Assembly (NCBI GenBank): GCA_035275265.1
Contig: DATENC010000025.1
Location: forward strand, 10,230 to 74,229
Length of the DNA: 64,000 bases
Reading direction: 5' to 3'
From: Burkholderiales bacterium
Lineage (GTDB): Bacteria; Pseudomonadota; Gammaproteobacteria; Burkholderiales; JACQAP01
In this document: in pieces, positions 19,299 through 27,763 of the stretch
Layout: every line of letters begins with the position of its first letter
Position numbering within the stretch: position 1 is the first letter of the stretch
Made by a program: the position numbers and the translations under genes
Notes under the pieces: generated by a model
What the model saw: the letters and a program-made list of their open reading frames with translations, nothing else
The model's database searches: none
Told to the model about the DNA's origin: nothing

Positions 19299-20744
19299 AT
19301 GCAGCTTTACTACCCGCGCTCGTTTCTGAAGTTGATTCTGGCCGGTTTTTCGCTCGCCGTTCTTCCGCTTATTTTCGCACTCATCAACAACGCCTTCTCG
19401 ATCAACCAGCTCGCCAACCACACGCAACGGGTGGTTTATCAAGCGGTACAGGCCACCCAGAACAGCCGATTCCTGATCGAGCAGATCACCAACATGGAGC
19501 GCAGCGTCCGGCAGTTCGCAATCATCGGCGAGCCATCGCTGCTTCAAGGCTACGGACTGGCCCATGAGCGCTTCGTGGATACCGCCCGCAGGATGGCGAC
19601 GCTGCCGCTGGATTCTCGGCAGAAATTAGCGCTGGAGGCCCTGCGCGCACGAGAATCTGCTTTGTTCGATCGAATCGGACAGTCGGGAGCAAAGGCGAAC
19701 GTAATTGGGTCCGCGGTAGCGGAGCTTGCCACCCTGTCCGACGCGGCACGCGCGCTCGACGACCAAGGCAACTTGCTGGTGGACCGCGAAGTCGACACCA
19801 TGCAGAAAATGGCCGGCGAAGTGCAGCGCTTCATTTACTGGCAGTTGCTGGCATTGGTGCCGATCGCACTATTGCTGGTCGTTGCCGCGACGCTTCTGAT
19901 TTCCAAGCCGATCGCCCAGCTCGAATCGGCGATCCAGAACCTTGGGGAGGGCAGATTCGAAGAGCGCATCACCGTCAGCGGCCCGGCCGACCTGGAATCC
20001 CTGGGACATCAGCTCGACTGGCTGCGTCTGCGTTTGCTCGATCTGGAAGAACAGAAATCGCGTTTTCTGCGCCATGTGTCGCACGAATTGAAGACTCCCC
20101 TGACTGCGCTGCGGGAAGGCGTGGAACTTCTGTCCGATGAGGTGACCGGGAAAATGACCGCCGGCCAGTTCGAAATCGCGCGCATCCTCAGACAGAACAC
20201 GTTGAGGCTGCAGAAGCTGATCGAGGACTTGTTAAACTATCACAGCGTCCAGTTTCACACGTCGGCACTGACGTTCTCGCAATTCGACCTGAAAGTTATG
20301 GTGACGCGGGTTGCGCAACAGCATTCGTTGACGATGCGCAGCAAGAATTTGAGCCTGAACCTGTCCGCCTCAGACCTCCAGATTGAAGCCGACGAAAACA
20401 AGATAGAGGTGATCATAGACAATCTGCTGTCCAATGCCATTAAGTTCTCCCCCGCCGGCGGCACCATCCGCGTGCAGCTTCGCCGGCGTGGCTCAGATGC
20501 TGTCATCGACTTCATGGATGAAGGTCCGGGCATTTCTCCCGAAGAACGCGGGCGCGTGTTCGAGCCGTTCTACCTGGGCAACACCGTGTACACCGGTCCG
20601 GTGAAAGGTACGGGGCTCGGGCTGGCGATCGTCCGCGAATATGCGACCGCGCACCAGGGCAGCGCAGAAATCATCGACGATGGCAATCCCGGCGCACACC
20701 TGCGAGTGGTTCTGCCGACCCGGCAGATGGAGGCAGCAGCATGA
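19299..20744 (+). CDS. sensor histidine kinase (two TM, HAMP, HisKA, HATPase), GlrK/QseE-like
   Basis: H-box FLRHVSHELKTPLTAL, N-box DNLLSNAIKF, G-boxes DEGPGI and GTGLGLAIV. Gene order is kinase, lipoprotein, sigma54 regulator. Confidence 0.85.
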   Translation: MQLYYPRSFLKLILAGFSLAVLPLIFALINNAFSINQLANHTQRVVYQAVQATQNSRFLIEQITNMERSVRQFAIIGEPSLLQGYGLAHERFVDTARRMATLPLDSRQKLALEALRARESALFDRIGQSGAKANVIGSAVAELATLSDAARALDDQGNLLVDREVDTMQKMAGEVQRFIYWQLLALVPIALLLVVAATLLISKPIAQLESAIQNLGEGRFEERITVSGPADLESLGHQLDWLRLRLLDLEEQKSRFLRHVSHELKTPLTALREGVELLSDEVTGKMTAGQFEIARILRQNTLRLQKLIEDLLNYHSVQFHTSALTFSQFDLKVMVTRVAQQHSLTMRSKNLSLNLSASDLQIEADENKIEVIIDNLLSNAIKFSPAGGTIRVQLRRRGSDAVIDFMDEGPGISPEERGRVFEPFYLGNTVYTGPVKGTGLGLAIVREYATAHQGSAEIIDDGNPGAHLRVVLPTRQMEAAA

Positions 20745-21325
20745 TTAGGCCGCATGTGGCGTCAGTCATTGTACTGGCCACCCTTCTCGGCGGCTGCATG
20801 GCAGCCACCGAACCGAACACGCGTCGCGACCCGTGGTACCAGGCCGCGGTCGAACCCTTACAAGGCGATGATACCCGCGCACTGCACTTCTACGATAACG
20901 CGCTCAAGCTCAAGGGAGCCGAACTTGCACGCAAACTCGAATCGACCCGCCAGGAATTCGAGAAAGACAAGTCCGGACTCAACCGGATGCAGCTAGCCAT
21001 GCTACTGTCGATGCCGGGCACCGGGTTTCGCGATGACCCGGCGGCATTGACCCTTGTTCAGCCTTTCTTGAATGACAAGGCCCACGAAAATTCTGTGCTG
21101 CGTCCTCTGGCCTTGATGCTTCATTCACAACTTTCCGAACTCAAACGGCTAGACGAGCAGCGTTCCGAACTCAAACGGCTTGAAGAAGCGCTTCAACAGC
21201 AAACGGCAAAGACCAGGGAAGAACAGCGCCGTGCGGATGCCCTGCAACAGAAACTGGAAGCCATTCTGGAAATGGAAATGAAAATGATCGAGCGTGAGCA
21301 AGCGGCGCCACCGAAGAGGCCATGA
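20741..21325 (+). CDS. lipoprotein with coiled-coil C-terminus, QseG-like position
   Basis: Lipobox VLATLLGGC. ATGA overlaps with both flanking genes. Heptad-like C-terminus with a duplicated SELKRL segment. Confidence 0.6.
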   Translation: MIRPHVASVIVLATLLGGCMAATEPNTRRDPWYQAAVEPLQGDDTRALHFYDNALKLKGAELARKLESTRQEFEKDKSGLNRMQLAMLLSMPGTGFRDDPAALTLVQPFLNDKAHENSVLRPLALMLHSQLSELKRLDEQRSELKRLEEALQQQTAKTREEQRRADALQQKLEAILEMEMKMIEREQAAPPKRP

Positions 21326-22674
21326 TCATGTCAAAGGCGCGAGTTCTCATCGTCGACGACGACCCCGATTTACTCCGGCTCTTGACATTGCGTCTGGAGG
21401 GCTCGGGTTACGCAGTGGAGAGCGCTGACAGTGCGGAGCGCGCGTTGGCAAGGTTGTCTGCGTCCACCCCGCAACTGGTGATAACCGATCTGCGCATGAG
21501 CGGAATGGACGGCATGGCGCTGTTCGAAAACATTCACAAGAGCAACCCGGCGTTACCAGTGATCATCCTCACGGCGCATGGCACCATTCCGGATGCGGTT
21601 GCTGCAACCCAGCGCGGCGTGTTCGGGTATCTCACCAAGCCTTTCGACAGCAAGGACCTGCTGGTGCAAGTCGAAAGGGCCATCACCCTCAGCGGTAGCC
21701 ACGCAGAGAAGACGGCGGGCAACGCCGACTGGCGCATCGAAATCATAACGCGTAGCCCGGCGATGGAAAGTATTCTGGGTAAGGCCAAGCTGGTGGCGGC
21801 CAGCGACGCTAGCGTGCTGATCCGCGGAGACAGCGGCACCGGCAAGGAACTGCTGGCGCGGGCGGTACACCGGGCGAGTCCGCGCGTGGAAAAGCCGTTT
21901 GTTGCGGTCAACTGTGGCGCCATTCCCGAACAATTGCTGGAGTCCGAGTTGTTCGGCCACATGAAAGGCTCGTTCACAGGCGCCGCTCGAGATTACAAGG
22001 GGCTGTTCCAGTCAGCGGAAGGAGGTACGGTTTTCCTCGATGAGATCGGCGACATGCCGTTGCCGCTGCAGGTAAAGCTGCTGCGTGTGCTACAGGAAAA
22101 AGAGATCCGGGCAATCGGATCCACTCAAACGATTCCCGTGGACGTGCGCATCATCTCCGCGACTCATCGCAACCTCGAGGATGCAATCAAGATCGGGGCG
22201 TTCCGCGAAGACCTTTATTACCGGCTCAATGTCGTATCGTTCGCTCTGCCCTCGCTCGTCGACCGGCGCGAAGACATCCCAGTTCTCGGTGCGTATTTCC
22301 TCGCGCACCTTGCCGACAAATACAAGAAACCCCTCAACGGATTTGCCTCCGAGGCGATGGAAATTCTGGTGAAATCGGCGTGGCCCGGAAACGTGCGCGA
22401 ACTGTACAACGTCGTTGAACAGGCGGTCGCGTTGTCGACCACGCCAATCATTCCGCCCGCGCTCGTGGAAAATGCAATCCGCGGCCAAACTGCCGAACTG
22501 TCGTCCTTCGAGGCGGCACGAAGTGAGTTCGAGCGCGAATACCTCGCCAAACTACTCAAAATCACCGGTGGCAACGTCACCCAAGCAGCGCGACTTGCCA
22601 AACGCAATCGCACCGAGTTCTACAAATTGTTGCAGCGGCACCACCTGGATCCCAAATTGTTCAAAGCGCTTTAG
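21322..22674 (+). CDS. sigma54-dependent response regulator (REC + AAA+ + Fis HTH), GlrR/QseF-like
   Basis: REC domain (VLIVDDDPD...DLRMSGMDG), Walker A GDSGTGKE, intact sigma54-contact loop GSFTGA, C-terminal HTH GGNVTQAARLAKRNRTEFYKLL. Confidence 0.9.
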   Translation: MIMSKARVLIVDDDPDLLRLLTLRLEGSGYAVESADSAERALARLSASTPQLVITDLRMSGMDGMALFENIHKSNPALPVIILTAHGTIPDAVAATQRGVFGYLTKPFDSKDLLVQVERAITLSGSHAEKTAGNADWRIEIITRSPAMESILGKAKLVAASDASVLIRGDSGTGKELLARAVHRASPRVEKPFVAVNCGAIPEQLLESELFGHMKGSFTGAARDYKGLFQSAEGGTVFLDEIGDMPLPLQVKLLRVLQEKEIRAIGSTQTIPVDVRIISATHRNLEDAIKIGAFREDLYYRLNVVSFALPSLVDRREDIPVLGAYFLAHLADKYKKPLNGFASEAMEILVKSAWPGNVRELYNVVEQAVALSTTPIIPPALVENAIRGQTAELSSFEAARSEFEREYLAKLLKITGGNVTQAARLAKRNRTEFYKLLQRHHLDPKLFKAL

Positions 22675-22834
22675 CCGATATTGTCATCTCGCCCCGGGAC
22701 GACATGAATTTTCCGCTCTTTTCTTAAGCGGTTAGGCTGCGATCGGGCGGCATCGTCGCTGACTGGCGACAACCACACCCGTTGCCAAGTCGTTGGCGCA
22801 GCATAACTATCTGCCACGATTACGTAAATGTGTT

Positions 22835-22851
22835 CTGGCACGAAGGCTGCT
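22835..22851 (+). promoter_or_regulatory. sigma54 (-24/-12) promoter
   Basis: cTGGCACgaaggCTGCt has the canonical GG-N10-GC spacing. It lies 160 nt after the regulator's stop and about 105 nt before the ATG at 22957. Confidence 0.6.
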
Positions 22852-22956
22852 TTTTAAGTCTACTGAAAGCGGCTGCGGATGGCGGCTCCAAGAGGAACCG
22901 AGCCCGCCGCGCACGGAAGCGAAACAATCAATTACAAGATCTCAAACTAGAAGAAA

Positions 22957-23505
22957 ATGGACCAGCAAAGTCGCCTGCTACCCCTCCTGACTATCGCTGC
23001 TGCGGCATCGGTTGTAGCGTTCAGCGGCATCGGAATCGCGGCAATAACGGGGCACCTCTCGATCGCGCGATCGAGCCTCAATCCCTTCTCCGCGTTCGGC
23101 GGCGCAGTTGTGATAGCGGATTCCGGCTCGAGCCGGGTGGTTTCCGGCATTACCCACGCAGGGTTGACCCGTAGCACCGGGGAAATCACGGCGCATAGCA
23201 AGCCGTTGAATTTCCGCCCCGGTGCACGCCTTCCCGCGCGCAAGCCGTCCTGTCCAAACTGCGGGGTGGTGGATTCCATCAAACCGCAACAGACAAGCGG
23301 TGGCGACAGCAAACTTGCCGCGGCGCTCGGCACGACAGGCAGGGCCTATCAGATCGACAACGACAAACTCAGTGCCTTCAGCTTTGTCGTTGTTGTGCGC
23401 ATGGAAAACGGCACCCTGCGCACCATCCACGAGAATCAACGTCCACCGTTCAGCATCGGCGAGCGAGTCCAACTGGTCAACGGTACGGTCATTCCACTGG
23501 GTTGA
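22957..23505 (+). CDS. membrane-anchored protein with CxxC motif and C-terminal beta-rich domain, unknown function
   Basis: 182 aa. N-terminal TM helix LLPLLTIAAAASVVAFSGIGIAAI. CPNCGVVDSIKP motif and a YQ...FVVVVRMENGTLRTI...GERVQLVNG tail, as in small envelope proteins of Betaproteobacteria. Flanked by the sigma54 promoter and a terminator. Confidence 0.55.
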   Translation: MDQQSRLLPLLTIAAAASVVAFSGIGIAAITGHLSIARSSLNPFSAFGGAVVIADSGSSRVVSGITHAGLTRSTGEITAHSKPLNFRPGARLPARKPSCPNCGVVDSIKPQQTSGGDSKLAAALGTTGRAYQIDNDKLSAFSFVVVVRMENGTLRTIHENQRPPFSIGERVQLVNGTVIPLG

Positions 23506-23617
23506 ACTTACAAAGCAACGAGTTCGATGCGTGGGTTGTAATCCTTAACGACATCGTGGAGACTTAATAGAGTATTCGCTCGAACAACTAAATCCCTCAA
23601 TGCGCTTTTGCTTTTTC

Positions 23618-23650
23618 GACGCCCGATTTCCTCCCTTGTCGGGCGTTTTC
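23618..23650 (+). terminator. rho-independent terminator
   Basis: GACGCCCGA-tttcctcccttg-TCGGGCGT followed by TTTC/TTGTC. Confidence 0.6.
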
Positions 23651-23963
23651 TTGTCTGCGCTCTTCTCGCGGGTGGCCGTGGCATTCGAGAAAGTGTCTTC
23701 CTCAGCGGCTGCTCAGGATGCCGGCCTCACCGCTGCGGAAAATAGGCTATGCGAAACAAACTGGTGCCGGGGCTTGGCAATCCCGCGTTTTCCCAGCAGG
23801 ATTGGCAAACCGACGAACCTCAGAAAGGTAGCCAACTTGGTCCGTGAAGTCGCGCGGCGGAAACAGTCAATCATGAAGGCCCATTCACCCTCCGGTCCCA
23901 AACACTTTGACTACGCTTGTCAACAACAGACCGCAGACGCCGATGACCGGAACCGGTGAAGTC

Positions 23964-24203
23964 ATGAAGAAACCGATGTTGCTGCTGATAGCCACCATGT
24001 TGTCCGCATGCGCAGCCCAGCAGAAAGAGCCCAATGTGAATTTGGGCGGCTACCCACCCGAATTCCGTGCTGGATATCTCGACGGTTGCGAAAGTGCCAA
24101 GCAGGCCGGCCAGAAGAAAGACATGCAGCGCTTCAAGCGTGACCCCCAATACGCCACCGGCTGGCAAGACGGTTTCGACATCTGCAGCAAGCACAAGAAC
24201 TAA
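23964..24203 (+). CDS. small lipoprotein
   Basis: MKKPMLLLIATMLSAC lipobox. Mature part has paired Cys (GYLDGCES ... GFDICSK). ATG 23964 is preferred over the longer ORF from 23907. Confidence 0.6.
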   Translation: MKKPMLLLIATMLSACAAQQKEPNVNLGGYPPEFRAGYLDGCESAKQAGQKKDMQRFKRDPQYATGWQDGFDICSKHKN

Positions 24204-24371
24204 CCGGCCGCTCCCGCCCGCCGGTTCCCACCTGTCGCGTATGACTCATCAGCCTGCGGCCGATGCGCACGGCTGTGTATACTCGTGCCGTATCGAATGC
24301 GTGACCGCCCGACCGGCTGGTTGGGTCCAGGGTTGCACTGCCCGTTCAGCATACTTCTCCAGGAGACCGCG

Positions 24372-25562
24372 ATGAACGCTCCCCTTACCCGCCCGTCTTT
24401 TCGCTGGGAGGATCCCCTGTTTTTCGACGAGCAGCTCAGTGACGAGGAGCGCATGGTGCGCGACTCGGCGCGCGCCTACTGCGATGAAAAATTGATGCCG
24501 CGCGTTGTGAAGGCAAATCGTCATGAAGAATTTGACCGCGCCGTACTGTCCGAAATGGGCGGCATGGGATTCTTTGGCCCAACCATTGAAGGCTACGGCT
24601 GCGCCGGCCTAAATCACGTTTGCTATGGCCTTATCACCCGCGAATTGGAACGGGTGGACAGCGGCTACCGTTCTTCGATGAGCGTGCAGTCGTCGTTGGT
24701 GATGTACCCGATATATGCCTATGGCACAGAGGCACAGCGACAGAAGTATCTGCCGGGCTTGGCGAAGGGCGACCTGGTCGGCGCCTTCGGCCTGACCGAG
24801 CCAGACCATGGCTCCGACGCTGGCAGCATGATTACCCGAGCGAAAAAAACCGGGGGCGGGTATTTGCTGAATGGCGCGAAGATGTGGATCACCCACTCAC
24901 CCGTCGCCGACGTGATGGTCGTCTGGGCCAAGGACGATCGCGACGTTATCCGCGGCTTCATTCTCGAACGCGGGATGAAGGGGCTGAGCGCTCCGAAAAT
25001 AGAGGGCAAATTCAGCCTGCGGGTTTCGGTTACCGGAGAAATCGTCATGGACGACGTCTTCGTTCCTGACGAGAATCTGCTTCCCAACGTCGAGGGGCTG
25101 AAGGGCCCGTTCGGCTGCCTTAACAAGGCGCGTTATGGCATTTCCTGGGGTGCGCTAGGGGCAGCCGAATTCTGTTGGCACGCGGCTCGCAACTACGTGA
25201 TGGAACGCAAGCAGTTCGGCCGTCCGTTGGGGGCGAATCAGTTGATCCAACTGAAACTTGCCAACATGCAGACCGAAATTGCGCTCGGGCTGCAAACGGT
25301 TCTGCGCGTCGGACGTCTGATGGATGAGGGACGCGCGGCACCGGAGATGATCTCCCTGATTAAACGCAACTCGGCGGGAAAAGCGCTCGACATCGCTCGG
25401 CTGGCGCGCGACATGCACGGCGGCAACGGTGTCTCGGACGAATACCATGTCATACGCCACGCCATGAACCTCGAGGCGGTGAACACTTACGAGGGCACGC
25501 ATGACATTCACGCTTTGATTCTCGGCCGGGCACAAACTGGCATCCAGGCCTTCACCGGATAA
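24372..25562 (+). CDS. gcdH: glutaryl-CoA dehydrogenase
   Basis: [28 protein letters not shown]..., [10 protein letters not shown], and full acyl-CoA dehydrogenase length and layout typical of GcdH. ATG 24372 ([10 protein letters not shown]). Confidence 0.85.
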   Translation: MNAPLTRPSFRWEDPLFFDEQLSDEERMVRDSARAYCDEKLMPRVVKANRHEEFDRAVLSEMGGMGFFGPTIEGYGCAGLNHVCYGLITRELERVDSGYRSSMSVQSSLVMYPIYAYGTEAQRQKYLPGLAKGDLVGAFGLTEPDHGSDAGSMITRAKKTGGGYLLNGAKMWITHSPVADVMVVWAKDDRDVIRGFILERGMKGLSAPKIEGKFSLRVSVTGEIVMDDVFVPDENLLPNVEGLKGPFGCLNKARYGISWGALGAAEFCWHAARNYVMERKQFGRPLGANQLIQLKLANMQTEIALGLQTVLRVGRLMDEGRAAPEMISLIKRNSAGKALDIARLARDMHGGNGVSDEYHVIRHAMNLEAVNTYEGTHDIHALILGRAQTGIQAFTG

Positions 25563-25726
25563 TCCACCCACCGCTCTCCGCTCCCCTCAGGGGAGGAACT
25601 CCGACGCGGCGTTGGCTTAGCCATCCGCGGGAGTTTGGCGCGCTGCCCACGGACGGGTGATTCCATCACTAACGCGTCCGCGCGCCCGGGGGATGAGGTG
25701 TGGAGAGGACCGGGGAGAGGCAGGTA

Positions 25727-26485
25727 TCAGACGCAGCGGCCGCCGTCCACCTCGAGACAAGCGCCGGTGATGAACTCCGCCTCGTCCGAGGCGAGGTAGA
25801 GGCAGGCATTGGCGATGTCCAGCGGCTTGCTGAGACGTCCGAGGGGAATGGTGGCAACGAATTTCGCGCGCATCTCCGGCGTGTCGACTCCCATGAACTC
25901 GGCCAACAGCGGCGTATCGCCCGCAACCGGATTGACCACGTTCACGCGGATCCTGTCCGGCGCGAGTTCAACCGCCATCGAGCGGCTGGCGACGATTGCG
26001 GCGCCCTTGCTGCTGTTGTACCAAACCAACCCCGGCCGCGGGCGCACGCCGGCGGTTGATGCCACGGTAATGAAAACGCCGCCGCCTCTCTTTTCGCGAA
26101 AGTAAGGCACGATGTTGCGCACACTGTGGAAGAGGCTCTTCACGTTCACCGCATAAACGCGGTCGAACTGGTCTTCGGAAACATTGAGCAGGGGTTGGTT
26201 GCGGTGGGTGGTACCCGCGTTGTTGACCACGATGTTCAATCCGGAAAATGTGTCGAGCACGAACTTCAGCATCGCTTTCCAGTCCGCATCCTTCGACACG
26301 TCGCCTCTGAAGAACACCGCCTTGCCGCCACTGGCATTGATTTCCCTGGTCACGCGCTCGCCGCCCTGACTGTTGATGTCGTTCACCGCAATTTTGCAGC
26401 CCTCCTCCGCAAACCGCTTGGCGATGCCTTCGCCGAAACCCGAGCCCGCTCCGGTGACGATTGCAATTTTGTCCTTAAGCCTCAT
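25727..26485 (-). CDS. short-chain dehydrogenase/reductase (SDR)
   Basis: MRLKDKIAIVTGAGSGFGEGIAKRF (TGxxxGxG) and the NNAG motif. Trimmed to ATG 26485. Confidence 0.85.
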   Translation of the reverse strand: MRLKDKIAIVTGAGSGFGEGIAKRFAEEGCKIAVNDINSQGGERVTREINASGGKAVFFRGDVSKDADWKAMLKFVLDTFSGLNIVVNNAGTTHRNQPLLNVSEDQFDRVYAVNVKSLFHSVRNIVPYFREKRGGGVFITVASTAGVRPRPGLVWYNSSKGAAIVASRSMAVELAPDRIRVNVVNPVAGDTPLLAEFMGVDTPEMRAKFVATIPLGRLSKPLDIANACLYLASDEAEFITGACLEVDGGRCV

Positions 26486-26576
26486 CTGCCTCTTCCTTTC
26501 GAAATAAGCTGCGAAACCCCGCAAAAAAGATGGGAGCCTCAAAGGCCCCCATCGCTGACTCGTCCGCTCCGGCGAG

Positions 26577-27605
26577 TCAGGTCCGCGTGTCGGCCACGCA
26601 CACCTGCTGATTGCCGTCGGCCGCCGGTTCCTCGCCTTTCCTGGCACCAACGGCGTTGAGTTCCACGCCGTGACGCACTGCGGTCATTTCCGCGAGAATG
26701 GATACTGCGATTTCGGGCGGAGTCTTGCTGCCGATGCTCAATCCAATCGGCCCGTGGAGGCGTTCAAGCTCTCCGCGCGAAAGGTCGAACATCGTTAGTC
26801 GCTCGCGGCGCTTTTGCGAATTCAGACGTGAGCCCAGCGCGCCGACATAGAAGGCCGGGGACTTGAGTGCCTCCATCAGAGCCAGATCATCCAGTTTCGG
26901 ATCGTGCGTCACCGCCACTACTGCGCTGTGGGAATCCGGCCCCATCGCCAGGACCACATCATCGGGCATGCCGCGCTCCAGGACTGAGCCCTCGACGTTC
27001 CAGGTATCGGCATACTCCTGGCGGGGATCGCACACCGTGACGCTGTAGTCGAGCGCCTGCGCCATCTGCGCCAGATAGTGCGACAACTGACCAGCCCCGA
27101 TTATCAGAAGCCGCCAGCGCGGCCCATGCACAGTCGTCAATCTCTTGCGGTCGAAGCTGAGCGGGACATTGGCGCGACTCGCCGGCCGCAGTGCGACTTT
27201 GCCGGTATCGAGATCCAGGGTTCGCGCCACCAATTCGTGGCGATCGACGCGCGCCAGCAGTTCGACGACGCTTTCGCTGTCCCTGATTGGCTCGAGCACC
27301 AGTTCCAGCTTGCCGCCGCAGGGCAATCCATAGCGCGTTGCCTCGTCCTTGCTGATTCCGTAGGTGGCGATTTCCGGCTTCTGCACCGCAAGCGACTTAT
27401 TGCGAATTCTGAAAATCAGATCGTCCTCCACGCAACCGCCCGAAACCGAACCCGCCACCAGGCCGTCACCACGGACCGCGAGCATCGCTCCAGCCGGTCG
27501 CGGTGAAGAACCCCAGGTTTCCACAATGGTGGCAAGGATCACGCGATGGCCCTCGCCCAGCCAAGCGACGCTGCTTCGCAGAACCTGCAAGTCCACACTG
27601 TCCAT
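26577..27605 (-). CDS. XdhC/CoxI-family molybdenum-cofactor insertion chaperone
   Basis: N-terminal ATIVETWGSSPRPAGAMLAV and a C-terminal Rossmann-like LLIIGAGQLSHYLAQMA, as in XdhC proteins. Downstream of the Mo-hydroxylase genes. Confidence 0.8.
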   Translation of the reverse strand: MDSVDLQVLRSSVAWLGEGHRVILATIVETWGSSPRPAGAMLAVRGDGLVAGSVSGGCVEDDLIFRIRNKSLAVQKPEIATYGISKDEATRYGLPCGGKLELVLEPIRDSESVVELLARVDRHELVARTLDLDTGKVALRPASRANVPLSFDRKRLTTVHGPRWRLLIIGAGQLSHYLAQMAQALDYSVTVCDPRQEYADTWNVEGSVLERGMPDDVVLAMGPDSHSAVVAVTHDPKLDDLALMEALKSPAFYVGALGSRLNSQKRRERLTMFDLSRGELERLHGPIGLSIGSKTPPEIAVSILAEMTAVRHGVELNAVGARKGEEPAADGNQQVCVADTRT

Positions 27606-27763
27606 GGTTACCTCTAGTGCTACCGTTCTGCTCGAACGGGAATAACGATTCTAACCAGCCAGCCCCGCGATTGCCAAATAAAACCCCCCAACGCAGAACG
27701 TTGGGGGGTCACGGAACGTGCTTTCCAATGCCCAGTCTTGTTGCCGGGCGTATGACCTTGCTG

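Noticed and set aside
22682-22704. TGTC-N15-GACA inverted repeat considered as a GlrR-type activator site.
   Set aside because: The enterobacterial GlrR site I recall is TGTC-N10-GACA, and a single 4-bp-arm repeat is weak evidence. It is kept only as a remark inside the promoter finding.
22732-22738. Isolated GTTAGGC heptamer (attC core-like) downstream of the response regulator gene.
   Set aside because: There is no partner RYYYAAC/GTT arm at attC distance and no cassette-like ORF geometry. I treat it as coincidence.
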